Below, one piece after another: positions 25,375 through 32,000 of a DNA stretch of 32,000 bases; position 1 is the stretch's first letter; each line of letters starts with the position of its first letter. The notes beneath the pieces were generated by a model. The model worked only from the letters and a program-made list of their open reading frames with translations, made no database searches and was not told the DNA's origin. Source of the stretch: Candidatus Saccharimonadota bacterium. Its GTDB lineage: Archaea > Nanobdellota > Nanobdellia > Pacearchaeales > GW2011-AR1. The stretch covers positions 270,001 through 302,000 of the forward strand of contig JAFCEL010000001.1 of NCBI GenBank assembly GCA_017609205.1, in the 5' to 3' direction. A program made the position numbers and the translations under genes.

Positions 25375-26910
25375 TTACTCTTCTAGTTTCCTTATAATGT
25401 CTGAGAAGGCGGGTCTTGTAATCAAAACCCCCACACTAATTCCAATTATTGTAGTGATTGCAAAACCTTTTAGTAATCCTGCTCCAGCCCATATCAAAGG
25501 CATGAGAGATACTAAAGAAGTAAAATAAGCTCCTAAAATAATTGCAAAAGCTCTTTTTAACCTTTGTTTGAGACTCAAAAATTTACCAAGAGTTGTTTCA
25601 TCCATGATAACTACTAAATCATCTATTCCAGTACCAATTGTGGCTAAAATTCCTGCTATGCTTGGCAAATCAAGATTCCACTTTATAAAAGAAGCTATTC
25701 CAAGGATAATAATTATTTCAGAAACACTAGTCGCCAACAATGCTAAAGAAGACTTAAATTTTCTATATCTAACAAAGATAATTAACGCGACAGTTGTAAG
25801 AGAGATTAATCCTGCTAAGAAGATTGATTTTAAGAATTCTTTTCCAAGTAAGGGAGATATTGTATCTAATTTAATTATCTCTAATTTATAAGGAAGACTT
25901 CCTGTAATTAAAATTGTTCGCAGCTTATGCATTGATTTTTCTGCAGCACTATAAGCTTCATCTCTTGTTCGACCAACACCTGAACCAGAAACAGCAATCT
26001 GCGTCGTTACTCTTCCCTTAAGACCTTCGCTAATAAACAAACTTTCTCCTTCTAAAAATTTGTCGTCGAGATAGAAGTCTAATTTCTTCTCAAGGTAATT
26101 CCCTGTTGAAGTTACATTAACCTTCAAATCCTTAGTTATATTCGCGTGTCTTTGAGCAGCAGATTCACTTAAATAAACTACAAATTCAAATTCGCAAACA
26201 TATTGTGTTCCAGACGCCCAACAATTTCTAATCCCTGCACATGTTGCATCATTTCTGCAAACAGAAGAAATATCTTTATGTCCTCCCACAAACACTGTTT
26301 CATTTCCAATTTTAGCCTCAAATTTTCCTTGTTGGGAAATCAACTCCTTTAAATCATTTGGTGTGGCTCCTGCAATTTCAATTAAAAGAAAATTATTTCC
26401 TGATAAATCAGAGACAGGTGCGACTTTTATATCTGTCAGTCCATAAACATTAAGACGATTCGAAACAACATCTGAAAGGTCCCTAATCTCTGCTGAATCT
26501 AATTTTTTATCCTTTGCCTGAATTAAGGCTCTTGAACCCCCTTCTAAATCAAGCCCTAATTTAATATTTGTCTTTGGAATCTTTGAAACAGTTATTTTTG
26601 GAGGATCCTTAGTGTACAAAATTACTTCTGACTCGTCTGTTTTAATAATCATCTTTATCTTTTCAGAGGATGGAAATTTTTCATTTAGTATTCTTGAAAA
26701 GTCTTCAAGAGAATTAATGGGTTCCCCATCAATAGACTGGATTATCTGTCCCTGCCTTAATCCCTGCTCAAAGGACGTAGAATTTTTTTCAACACCAGTT
26801 ATTAAAACCCCTTTCTGAAAGAGAGAGAAAGGTGTTCCAAAAATCGATAAAAGAGAGAATAATAAGAAGATTATTAACAACCAAATTCTCCAAGTAAAAT
26901 TGAATTTCAT
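25375..26910 (-). CDS. secD: Protein-export membrane protein SecD with an extracytoplasmic PDZ-like insertion
   Basis: TM1, then LGLDLEGGS, a large external domain, and C-terminal TMs with GILATIGTGIDDLVVIMDE. I chose the start at 26910 because its ATG overlaps the secF stop (ATGA at 26907-26910). The PDZ-like segment is aa 33-100. Confidence 0.9.
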   Translation of the reverse strand: MKFNFTWRIWLLIIFLLFSLLSIFGTPFSLFQKGVLITGVEKNSTSFEQGLRQGQIIQSIDGEPINSLEDFSRILNEKFPSSEKIKMIIKTDESEVILYTKDPPKITVSKIPKTNIKLGLDLEGGSRALIQAKDKKLDSAEIRDLSDVVSNRLNVYGLTDIKVAPVSDLSGNNFLLIEIAGATPNDLKELISQQGKFEAKIGNETVFVGGHKDISSVCRNDATCAGIRNCWASGTQYVCEFEFVVYLSESAAQRHANITKDLKVNVTSTGNYLEKKLDFYLDDKFLEGESLFISEGLKGRVTTQIAVSGSGVGRTRDEAYSAAEKSMHKLRTILITGSLPYKLEIIKLDTISPLLGKEFLKSIFLAGLISLTTVALIIFVRYRKFKSSLALLATSVSEIIIILGIASFIKWNLDLPSIAGILATIGTGIDDLVVIMDETTLGKFLSLKQRLKRAFAIILGAYFTSLVSLMPLIWAGAGLLKGFAITTIIGISVGVLITRPAFSDIIRKLEE

Positions 26911-27788
26911 TTTATTTTCTCGACATACCATTTAAGTATTGAAACATTAGTTATCCAAGTATTAATTAAATCAAAACTCAAACCAATTGCAAGAATCATA
27001 AATATTTGGGTAAGAACTGCTGAAAAAGAACTCGCAATAATTAATGCTATTAATACTGTGATAAGAGAAGTAAAGGTCATCGTCATTCCTGTTTTAAATG
27101 CTCCGAAAATTCTCTGATTGATTCCCCCTTCTGTTCTTTTTAGAATCCTCGTTGTCAAAAGGATATCTGTATCAACAGAGTAACCTATCAACATTAAAAG
27201 GGCTACAATTCCTGCAGTAGACATTTTTATCTCTAAAAAATTCACAAGAGTAAGGGTCATAAAAATATCAGCGAAGGCAGAAAGAACAACTGCTGCTGAT
27301 GGAACAAAGGTCCTAAAGATTATAAAAACAACAAGAGCCATAAAAACAAATGCAATAAGAATTGCTATCAAAAGTTGTTTATAAAAACTTTCACTAAGAG
27401 TTGAACCAGTAAATTCAAAACTGCTATTTTCAGAAGTCAACTCATATCCAAGATAAGACTCAAGAATCTGTTTTGTATCTTCTGCATCAGAGGTTGTCTC
27501 AATGATAACTGCTTTTTGCTCATTTGTTATCAAATCATATACTTCACGAATATTTAAATTATCTAACTTATCTGAAAGAAAAAACCTTAGTTCATTTATA
27601 TTAAGATCCTTATTAATCGTTACAGAAGTTCCTCCTGTAAGAGAAATATCCTTATAGATAAAATCTCCTGTCTGAGAATAAAAAACAACCATGTAAAAAA
27701 GTGAAAAGATTAAAATTGCTGCTGGAATTATTAACAATCTTTTATAATTTGTATTGTACCAATTTTCAAATTGTTTTGTTTTTTCCAT
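26907..27788 (-). CDS. secF: Protein-export membrane protein SecF
   Basis: TM1, an external domain, then the C-terminal TM bundle with LLMLIGYSVDTDILLTTRILKR. I chose the start at 27788 (MEKTKQFENWY) because the longer ORF runs through the tRNA-Gly gene. Confidence 0.9.
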   Translation of the reverse strand: MEKTKQFENWYNTNYKRLLIIPAAILIFSLFYMVVFYSQTGDFIYKDISLTGGTSVTINKDLNINELRFFLSDKLDNLNIREVYDLITNEQKAVIIETTSDAEDTKQILESYLGYELTSENSSFEFTGSTLSESFYKQLLIAILIAFVFMALVVFIIFRTFVPSAAVVLSAFADIFMTLTLVNFLEIKMSTAGIVALLMLIGYSVDTDILLTTRILKRTEGGINQRIFGAFKTGMTMTFTSLITVLIALIIASSFSAVLTQIFMILAIGLSFDLINTWITNVSILKWYVEKIK

Positions 27789-27800
27789 TTTTATACAATA

Positions 27801-27871
27801 TGCGCAGGCCGGGATTCGAACCCGGGTCATCTGCTTGGAAGGCAGAGATTCTACCGCTGAACTACCCACGC
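27801..27871 (-). tRNA. tRNA-Gly (anticodon TCC)
   Basis: Hand-folded cloverleaf of 71 nt. Acceptor GCGTGGG/CCTGCGC, D arm GTTC-AGCGGTA-GAAT, anticodon arm TCTGC-CTTCCAA-GCAGA, T arm CCGGG-TTCGAAT-CCCGG, discriminator A. No encoded CCA. Confidence 0.85.
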
Positions 27872-27980
27872 AGATATTTATAATTATTGTTAAGAGTGTT
27901 TTAAAAGTTATTGATATTTAAGAAAGCTAAACCCTGGATTGTAAAAAGAACGTTTTTCCACAAGGTTAAACCAGTATTTA

Positions 27981-28069
27981 CGCACCTGGTAGGACTTGAA
28001 CCTACGACTTCTTCCTAACCCCTAAGAGTAATAGGAGGGAAGCGCTCTATCCAACTGAGCTACAGGTGC
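27981..28069 (-). tRNA. tRNA-Arg (anticodon CCT) with ~15-nt intron at the canonical 37/38 position
   Basis: 89 nt. Acceptor GCACCTG/CAGGTGC, D arm GCTC-AGTTGGATA-GAGC, T arm GTAGG-TTCAAGT-CCTAC. Anticodon stem CTTCC/GGAAG encloses 22 nt (CTCCTA + TTACTCTTAGGGGTT + A). The intron is at about 28017-28031. Confidence 0.75.
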
Positions 28070-28084
28070 ATAATATACACCAGA

Positions 28085-28168
28085 TGCGGAAGACAGGATT
28101 CGAACCTGCGCAGGCACTAAGCCACGAGAGCCTTAATCTCGCCCGTTTGACCGCTCCGGCACTTCCGC
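28085..28168 (-). tRNA. Type-II tRNA-Leu; anticodon loop reads TT-AAG-GC (anticodon AAG by hand folding)
   Basis: 84 nt. Acceptor GCGGAAG/CTTCCGC, discriminator A, 3-bp D stem CCG/CGG, anticodon stem CGAGA/TCTCG with 7-nt loop TTAAGGC, 15-nt variable arm, T arm GCAGG-TTCGAAT-CCTGT. Confidence 0.8.
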
Positions 28169-28190
28169 TTAGAAAAAAAGATTCTAAGAA

Positions 28191-28198
28191 ATATAAAA
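28191..28198 (-). promoter_or_regulatory. Candidate archaeal TATA box for the tRNA-Leu/Arg (and possibly Gly-secFD) transcription unit
   Basis: The minus strand reads TTTTATAT, centred about 26 nt upstream of the tRNA-Leu 5' end (28168). Confidence 0.4.
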
Positions 28199-28292
28199 AC
28201 CTTTGGAAACTTCACAATTTGGTATTATGACTAATCAACACCACAAACAAAAGTATTAAAGAATGTATTAGTGAAACATTGAAATTAGTAAA

Positions 28293-28300
28293 TTTTAAAA
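28293..28300 (+). promoter_or_regulatory. Candidate archaeal TATA box for 5S rRNA
   Basis: TTTTAAAA centred about 26 nt upstream of the inferred 5S 5' end (28323). Confidence 0.4.
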
Positions 28301-28322
28301 ACTCAGGATTATAAAAAGGTTG

Positions 28323-28434
<112 letters not shown>

Positions 28435-28445
28435 GCTTTACTTAA

Positions 28446-28451
28446 TTTTTT
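28446..28451 (+). terminator. Oligo-T tract (T6) downstream of 5S rRNA; candidate archaeal terminator
   Basis: TTTTTT begins 12 nt after the inferred 5S 3' end. Archaeal RNAP terminates at oligo-T runs. The same AT-rich element (TTTTTTATATT) lies about 24 nt before the GT26 ATG, so it could double as a TATA box for a leaderless mRNA. Confidence 0.35.
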
Positions 28452-28474
28452 ATATTCTGGATTCTTTAAAAAAA

Positions 28475-29212
28475 ATGAAAAAATTGTATTTTGAGACAAA
28501 AAACAAGGAAGAGTTAAAAGAAGAATTAAAGACCTCAAAAAGAATATTTAATTTTCTTAATCTTTACAGTGTTTATTTGTTTAAAAAAAATAAGGACTTT
28601 GCAAAAGCTGTTTCAGAGAAATATTGTATCAATTCTATTGATGGGGCAATGATTTCAGTTTTTTTATCCCTAAAAAAGGTAAAGAAAATAAAAAGGTTGA
28701 GAGGAACGGACTTTATAAGGTATATCATGAATGATGAAGAATTATTAAAAAATAAAAGACACCTTTTTCTAGGCTCTGACAGTGCAAATGAAGAAGGAAT
28801 AAAGAATATAGCCTCAAATTTTAAAAAAATTGATTTAAAGAAAGTTTTTTATTACAATCCCCCTTATATTAAAGAGGATAAATTCCCAGAAAAAGAAATA
28901 AAAAAAATATGTGATTTAATTAATAAAAAAAAGATTGATTATGTGTGGGTAGGTCTTGGGAATCCAAAACAAGAGATAATTGCAAAAGAAATTTTTAATA
29001 AAACAAATGCTAAAGGGATCTTTTGTGTTGGGGGAGCCTTGGATTTTCTTTCAAAAAGAAAAAAAGAGGCGCCAAAGATTATAAGAAAATTTTATCTTGA
29101 ATGGTTCTACAGATTATTAACAGATTTTAAACATTCAAAAAAGAAAGTATGGAGGAGTTTTGAGGGTTTATTTTATATGCCTAAAACTATTACAACTAAA
29201 GATGAAAAATAA
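28475..29212 (+). CDS. WecB/TagA/CpsF (GT26) family glycosyltransferase
   Basis: The YVWVGLGNPKQEIIAKEI and GIFCVGGALDFLS blocks are diagnostic of GT26 (WecG/TagA). The start is set at ATG 28475 because the track ORF start (TTG 28340) lies inside the 5S rRNA. Confidence 0.8.
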   Translation: MKKLYFETKNKEELKEELKTSKRIFNFLNLYSVYLFKKNKDFAKAVSEKYCINSIDGAMISVFLSLKKVKKIKRLRGTDFIRYIMNDEELLKNKRHLFLGSDSANEEGIKNIASNFKKIDLKKVFYYNPPYIKEDKFPEKEIKKICDLINKKKIDYVWVGLGNPKQEIIAKEIFNKTNAKGIFCVGGALDFLSKRKKEAPKIIRKFYLEWFYRLLTDFKHSKKKVWRSFEGLFYMPKTITTKDEK

Positions 29213-29459
29213 AATTTCTAAATCCGAAGTGCAAAAAGAAATTAAAAATTTTTTTGAAAATATTAAAGATAAAACCCCAAAAGATATTAAAAAAATTAAA
29301 AGATTGGCTATGAGTAAAAATATTCCTTTAAAAGAAAAAAGAAAATTATTCTGTAAAAAATGTTATGCTGTTTACAGAAATCCAAAGATTAGAATCAAAA
29401 ACAAAATAAAATCAGTTGAGTGTGAAAAATGTGGCAATATCTCTCGATGGAAGTTATGA
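29202..29459 (+). CDS. rnp4: RNase P protein component 4 (Rpp21/Rpr2 family)
   Basis: 85 aa with an N-terminal helical basic region. The C-terminal zinc ribbon FCKKCYAVY...VECEKCGNISRW matches the Rpr2 layout. The start at 29202 overlaps the GT26 3' end by 11 nt. Confidence 0.65.
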   Translation: MKNKISKSEVQKEIKNFFENIKDKTPKDIKKIKRLAMSKNIPLKEKRKLFCKKCYAVYRNPKIRIKNKIKSVECEKCGNISRWKL

Positions 29460-29651
29460 TTTTTTAAATTCTGCAATAAGTTCAATCATATCTGTTTGCC
29501 CAAGAAACATGGCTCTGCAGCACATCCTCTCTAATCCCAAATCATCTAAAATATTTTGAACTTTTTCACCTTTCTCTACCCTGTTTTTGAATTCTTCCCA
29601 TAAATGAGCAATAGGTTTTCCACAACTAAAACAACGAATTGGTATTATCAT
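29454..29651 (-). CDS. rpoN: DNA-directed RNA polymerase subunit N (Rpo10/RPB10)
   Basis: MIIPIRCFSCGKPIAHLWEEF...LGLERMCCRAMFLGQTDMIE is the near-invariant RpoN/Rpb10 sequence. Confidence 0.95.
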   Translation of the reverse strand: MIIPIRCFSCGKPIAHLWEEFKNRVEKGEKVQNILDDLGLERMCCRAMFLGQTDMIELIAEFKKS

Positions 29652-29726
29652 AATAGTATCTCTACCATTTAGTTTTTAAAACTTGTGATTGGGAAACTTT
29701 AAATAAGTGCTTAATCCTTTGAAAGG

Positions 29727-30458
29727 ATGGAAAAACCAATAATTGAACTGCAAAAAGTTGCAAGATATTATGAGATGGGTGAGGCGATTGTAAAAGCGCT
29801 TGATTGTATAGACATAGTTATTGAAAAGGGGGATTTTGTCGCAATTATGGGGCCTTCTGGTTCTGGTAAATCAACGAGTATGAATTTAATTGGAAGTTTA
29901 GATTACCCAACAAAGGGAAGAATTTTTCTTGAAAAAGAAAATATAGGGGATCTCGACGAATCAGCTTTGGCACAGTTAAGAGGAAAGAAAATTGGGTTTA
30001 TATTCCAGCAATTTAACCTTATCCCTAACTTAACTGTAAAAGAAAATGTTATGTTACCAATGCTATTCCAGGAGATTGAAAAAGAAGAGAGAGAAAGAAA
30101 AACAAAGAAACTATTAGAGATAGTTGAATTAAGTGATAGAGCAGAATATTATCCAAATCAAATTTCAGGAGGACAACAGCAAAGAGTTGCAATTGCGAGG
30201 GCATTGGCAAATGATCCCCAAGTGATTCTCGCTGATGAACCAACAGGAAATCTAGATACAAAAACAGGAAACAAGATTATGGATTTCCTAAAAAAATTAA
30301 ATAAAGAAGGAAAAACAATTATCATGGTAACGCATGATTCTGATTTAGCAAGAAACTATACCAATACGATCTATTCTGTTCGAGATGGAAAGATCGAATA
30401 TATTGAAAAGAAGACTGGAAAGAAATGGAGACGGATTTCTTCATCTAAAGAGAATTAA
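29727..30458 (+). CDS. ABC transporter ATP-binding protein (MacB/LolD/FtsE-type)
   Basis: Walker A GPSGSGKST, Q-loop FIFQQFNL, signature ISGGQQQRVAIARAL, Walker B ILADEPTGNLD, H-loop VTHD. Confidence 0.9.
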   Translation: MEKPIIELQKVARYYEMGEAIVKALDCIDIVIEKGDFVAIMGPSGSGKSTSMNLIGSLDYPTKGRIFLEKENIGDLDESALAQLRGKKIGFIFQQFNLIPNLTVKENVMLPMLFQEIEKEERERKTKKLLEIVELSDRAEYYPNQISGGQQQRVAIARALANDPQVILADEPTGNLDTKTGNKIMDFLKKLNKEGKTIIMVTHDSDLARNYTNTIYSVRDGKIEYIEKKTGKKWRRISSSKEN

Positions 30459-30536
30459 TGTTTTCATTATCCAGAAGTAACAATAAAAAGTTTTATAAAG
30501 GCTGTATGTCATCTGAAAATTAAAGATAATAAGAAA

Positions 30537-31394
30537 ATGGATGCCCAAAAAGAACTAAAAATTATGTTTGGCTTAATTTTTTTAGTTTTTACCTTAAATG
30601 TCACATCTGCAATAATTGTTGACGCAGAGTATATTACTATTTATCCTGGTGAACAAAAAAACATAAAAATAAATATTGAGAATAATCTTGATTATGATAT
30701 TGAGGATGTTTCTATTGCACTAAACCTCGATAGTGTTCCATTCAATTTTATTGGAAGTTCTGAGAAACCCCTTGATAATTTAGATAGTGATGACGACGAT
30801 AGTGCAACGTTTATAATCAGAGCATCTACTGATGCAATTCCAGGAGACTACCAAATCCCCTATACAGTAAGATATACAAATACTGACACAGATGAAAAAG
30901 AAAATAAAACAGGAAAATTCGGAATCAGAATCTCTGCCAAAACAAATCTTGACTTTGTTGTTGAAACAAAAAATGCAATTGTTGGAAAACAAGGAAAAAT
31001 CTCATTGAAAGTTATAAATAAAGGGCTTGGAGAAGTCAAATTTGTGTCTGTGCAAATTTTCCCGCAAAATTACGAGTTGCTTTCATCTGATAAAGCATAT
31101 ATTGGAAATATTGACTCAGATGATTCTGATTTTGCAACATTTGATGTAATTTTCAGATCCTCAAATCCGATACTCTCAGCGAAAATAACCTACAAAGATT
31201 TCGATAATAATGCAAAAACCGAAATAATAAATGTCCCTATCAATGTTTATACCCAAGAAAAAGCGCTTGAGCTTGGTCTAATCAAAAAACCAAACTATAT
31301 TCCATATATGATTGTTGCAGGAATCCTGTTTCTGTGGTATATTATTAGAAAAATAAAAAAGAGAAAAAAGAATAAACAGCTAAGAAGAAACTAA
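30537..31394 (+). CDS. Secreted, C-terminally membrane-anchored protein with two CARDB/COG1361-like Ig-fold repeats
   Basis: Signal-like N terminus, then two homologous modules (…NLDSDDDDSATFIIRAS… and …NIDSDDSDFATFDVIFRS…). A C-terminal TM (YMIVAGILFLWYII) is followed by a basic tail. Position between the ABC ATPase and permease matches archaeal COG1361-containing ABC operons. Confidence 0.55.
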   Translation: MDAQKELKIMFGLIFLVFTLNVTSAIIVDAEYITIYPGEQKNIKINIENNLDYDIEDVSIALNLDSVPFNFIGSSEKPLDNLDSDDDDSATFIIRASTDAIPGDYQIPYTVRYTNTDTDEKENKTGKFGIRISAKTNLDFVVETKNAIVGKQGKISLKVINKGLGEVKFVSVQIFPQNYELLSSDKAYIGNIDSDDSDFATFDVIFRSSNPILSAKITYKDFDNNAKTEIINVPINVYTQEKALELGLIKKPNYIPYMIVAGILFLWYIIRKIKKRKKNKQLRRN

Positions 31395-31495
31395 GATGAA
31401 TTTTCCATTTGAAAATAAAAAATTAGGAGTTTTGTTGTTCCAGAATAAGATTATTGAACAATCCAAAAAACAAACATATTCTCAGATTATTGGAA

Positions 31496-31511
31496 GGAGG
31501 TAATTACCTCC
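31496..31511 (+). promoter_or_regulatory. Perfect 16-nt palindrome GGAGGTAATTACCTCC ending 1 nt before the permease start codon
   Basis: Read directly from the sequence. The left arm is a Shine-Dalgarno-like GGAGGT and the right arm is its exact complement (6-bp stem, AATT loop). The function (SD-sequestering hairpin, terminator or protein site) is unknown. Confidence 0.5.
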
Positions 31512-31512
31512 G

Positions 31513-32000
31513 ATGTTTTCAGATTATTTCTTACTTGCATTCAAAAACCTTAGGAAAAGGGGCTTACGTAGCTGGTTAACAATATTAGGAATCTTTATTG
31601 GTATTGCTGCTGTAGTTAGCTTAATTTCTCTTGGTGCTGGATTAAAGACTGCTATCATGGGACAGTTTGGCTCATTATCAGTTGATAAATTAACAATCCA
31701 AAATAAAGGAACAGGATTTGGACCGCCTGGTTCAACTGTTGTTAAAAAATTAAATGATCATGATGTTAAAATTATTGAAGAAATTAATGGGGTTGAAGTA
31801 GTTATAAAGAGACTACTCAGAGTTGCTAACTTTGAATATAATGATGCCTCTACCTTTAGTTATTTGGTGAGCCTTCCTAGTGATAAGAAAAAACTTTTGA
31901 TATGTTATGAGTCCCTGGGATTTGAAATTAAGGAAGGCCATCTTCTTGATACAGGAGAAATTGGAAGAATTTTGATTGGAAGGAAAATCGCAGAGGGAAA
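31513..32000 (+). CDS. ABC transporter permease (MacB/FtsX family), 3' end cut by the window edge
   Basis: The frame is open from ATG 31513 to the window end. MFSDYFLLAFKNLRKRGLRSWLTILGIFIGIAAVVSLISLG is the conserved MacB N-terminal TM1, followed by the periplasmic MacB_PCD-like region. Confidence 0.85.
   Translation, partial: MFSDYFLLAFKNLRKRGLRSWLTILGIFIGIAAVVSLISLGAGLKTAIMGQFGSLSVDKLTIQNKGTGFGPPGSTVVKKLNDHDVKIIEEINGVEVVIKRLLRVANFEYNDASTFSYLVSLPSDKKKLLICYESLGFEIKEGHLLDTGEIGRILIGRKIAEG

Noticed and set aside
26911-26931. Upstream Met (MVCRENK) start for secD
   Set aside because: It would overlap secF by 25 nt. The ATG at 26910 forms a classic ATGA stop/start overlap and precedes the signal-anchor sequence directly.
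27701-27883. 60-aa plus-strand ORF, and the 27-codon N-terminal extension of the secF ORF (27789..27869, minus)
   Set aside because: Both run across the tRNA-Gly gene (RRPGFEPGSSAWKAEILPLNYP is a translated tRNA). secF is better started at 27788.
27801-28168. tRNA cluster as an integration hotspot flanking a genomic island (the glycan cluster)
   Set aside because: No integrase or recombinase gene was found. By eye there is no second partial copy of any tRNA 3' end (attL/attR-like repeat) anywhere in the window, and secFD lie between the tRNAs and the glycan genes.
29160-29201. Longer start for the Rpp21-like ORF (MRVYFICLKLLQLK)
   Set aside because: It overlaps the GT26 gene by 53 nt, and the extension is hydrophobic and unlike Rpr2 proteins. 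The ATG at 29202 gives a typical 85-aa protein.
31396-31503. 35-codon ORF (MNFPFENKKLGVLLFQNKIIEQSKKQTYSQIIGRR) in the spacer before the permease gene
   Set aside because: It is short, has no upstream ribosome-binding or promoter signal and no recognisable features. It cannot be distinguished from chance, so it was not called, though a leader peptide linked to the adjacent palindrome cannot be excluded.

Overview
Very AT-rich, gene-dense archaeal chromosome segment with about 37 genes. I found no transposase, integrase or CRISPR array. Archaeal hallmarks are archaeal-type uL30/uL15, SecY, prefoldin alpha, AglB/STT3, RNA polymerase subunit N, RNase P protein Rpp21 and an intron-containing tRNA. 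The short proteins, Lys-rich low-complexity tails and a trimmed operon suggest a reduced-genome (DPANN-like) archaeon, but that is inference only. Layout: (1) 1-3.6 kb holds the tail of the ribosomal-protein operon (uL30, an unknown 81-aa ORF, uL15), then SecY, a DUF106/YidC-like insertase and prefoldin alpha. (2) 3.6-5.5 kb holds an eIF-2B-family protein, a SpoIIM-like membrane protein and a zinc-ribbon miniprotein. (3) 5.5-25.3 kb is a ~20 kb glycosylation supercluster. It contains an AglH-like initiating phosphosugar transferase and the AglB oligosaccharyltransferase. It also has a small DMT/SMR-like flippase candidate, a methyltransferase-GT2 fusion and an ArnT/PMT-like GT-C. The rest is three GT-B glycosyltransferases, three stand-alone methyltransferases, an AsnB-type amidotransferase, an oligogalacturonate-lyase-like beta-propeller, a CE4-like miniprotein, a radical-SAM/GT2-like fusion and a Wzx-type flippase. 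(4) 25.4-27.8 kb holds secF-secD, and SecD carries an extracytoplasmic PDZ-like insert. (5) 27.8-28.4 kb holds three minus-strand tRNAs: Gly-TCC, Arg-CCT with an intron, and a type-II Leu read as anticodon AAG. They are divergent from an orphan 5S rRNA. (6) 28.5-32 kb holds a GT26 glycosyltransferase, Rpp21, RpoN and a MacB-type ABC transporter (ATPase, COG1361-like surface protein, partial permease). The most unusual items are the radical-SAM/GT fusion and its glycan cluster, the ORF translationally coupled between uL30 and uL15, the PDZ insert in SecD, and the A34 Leu tRNA. All functional calls rest on motifs read by eye; no database search was run.
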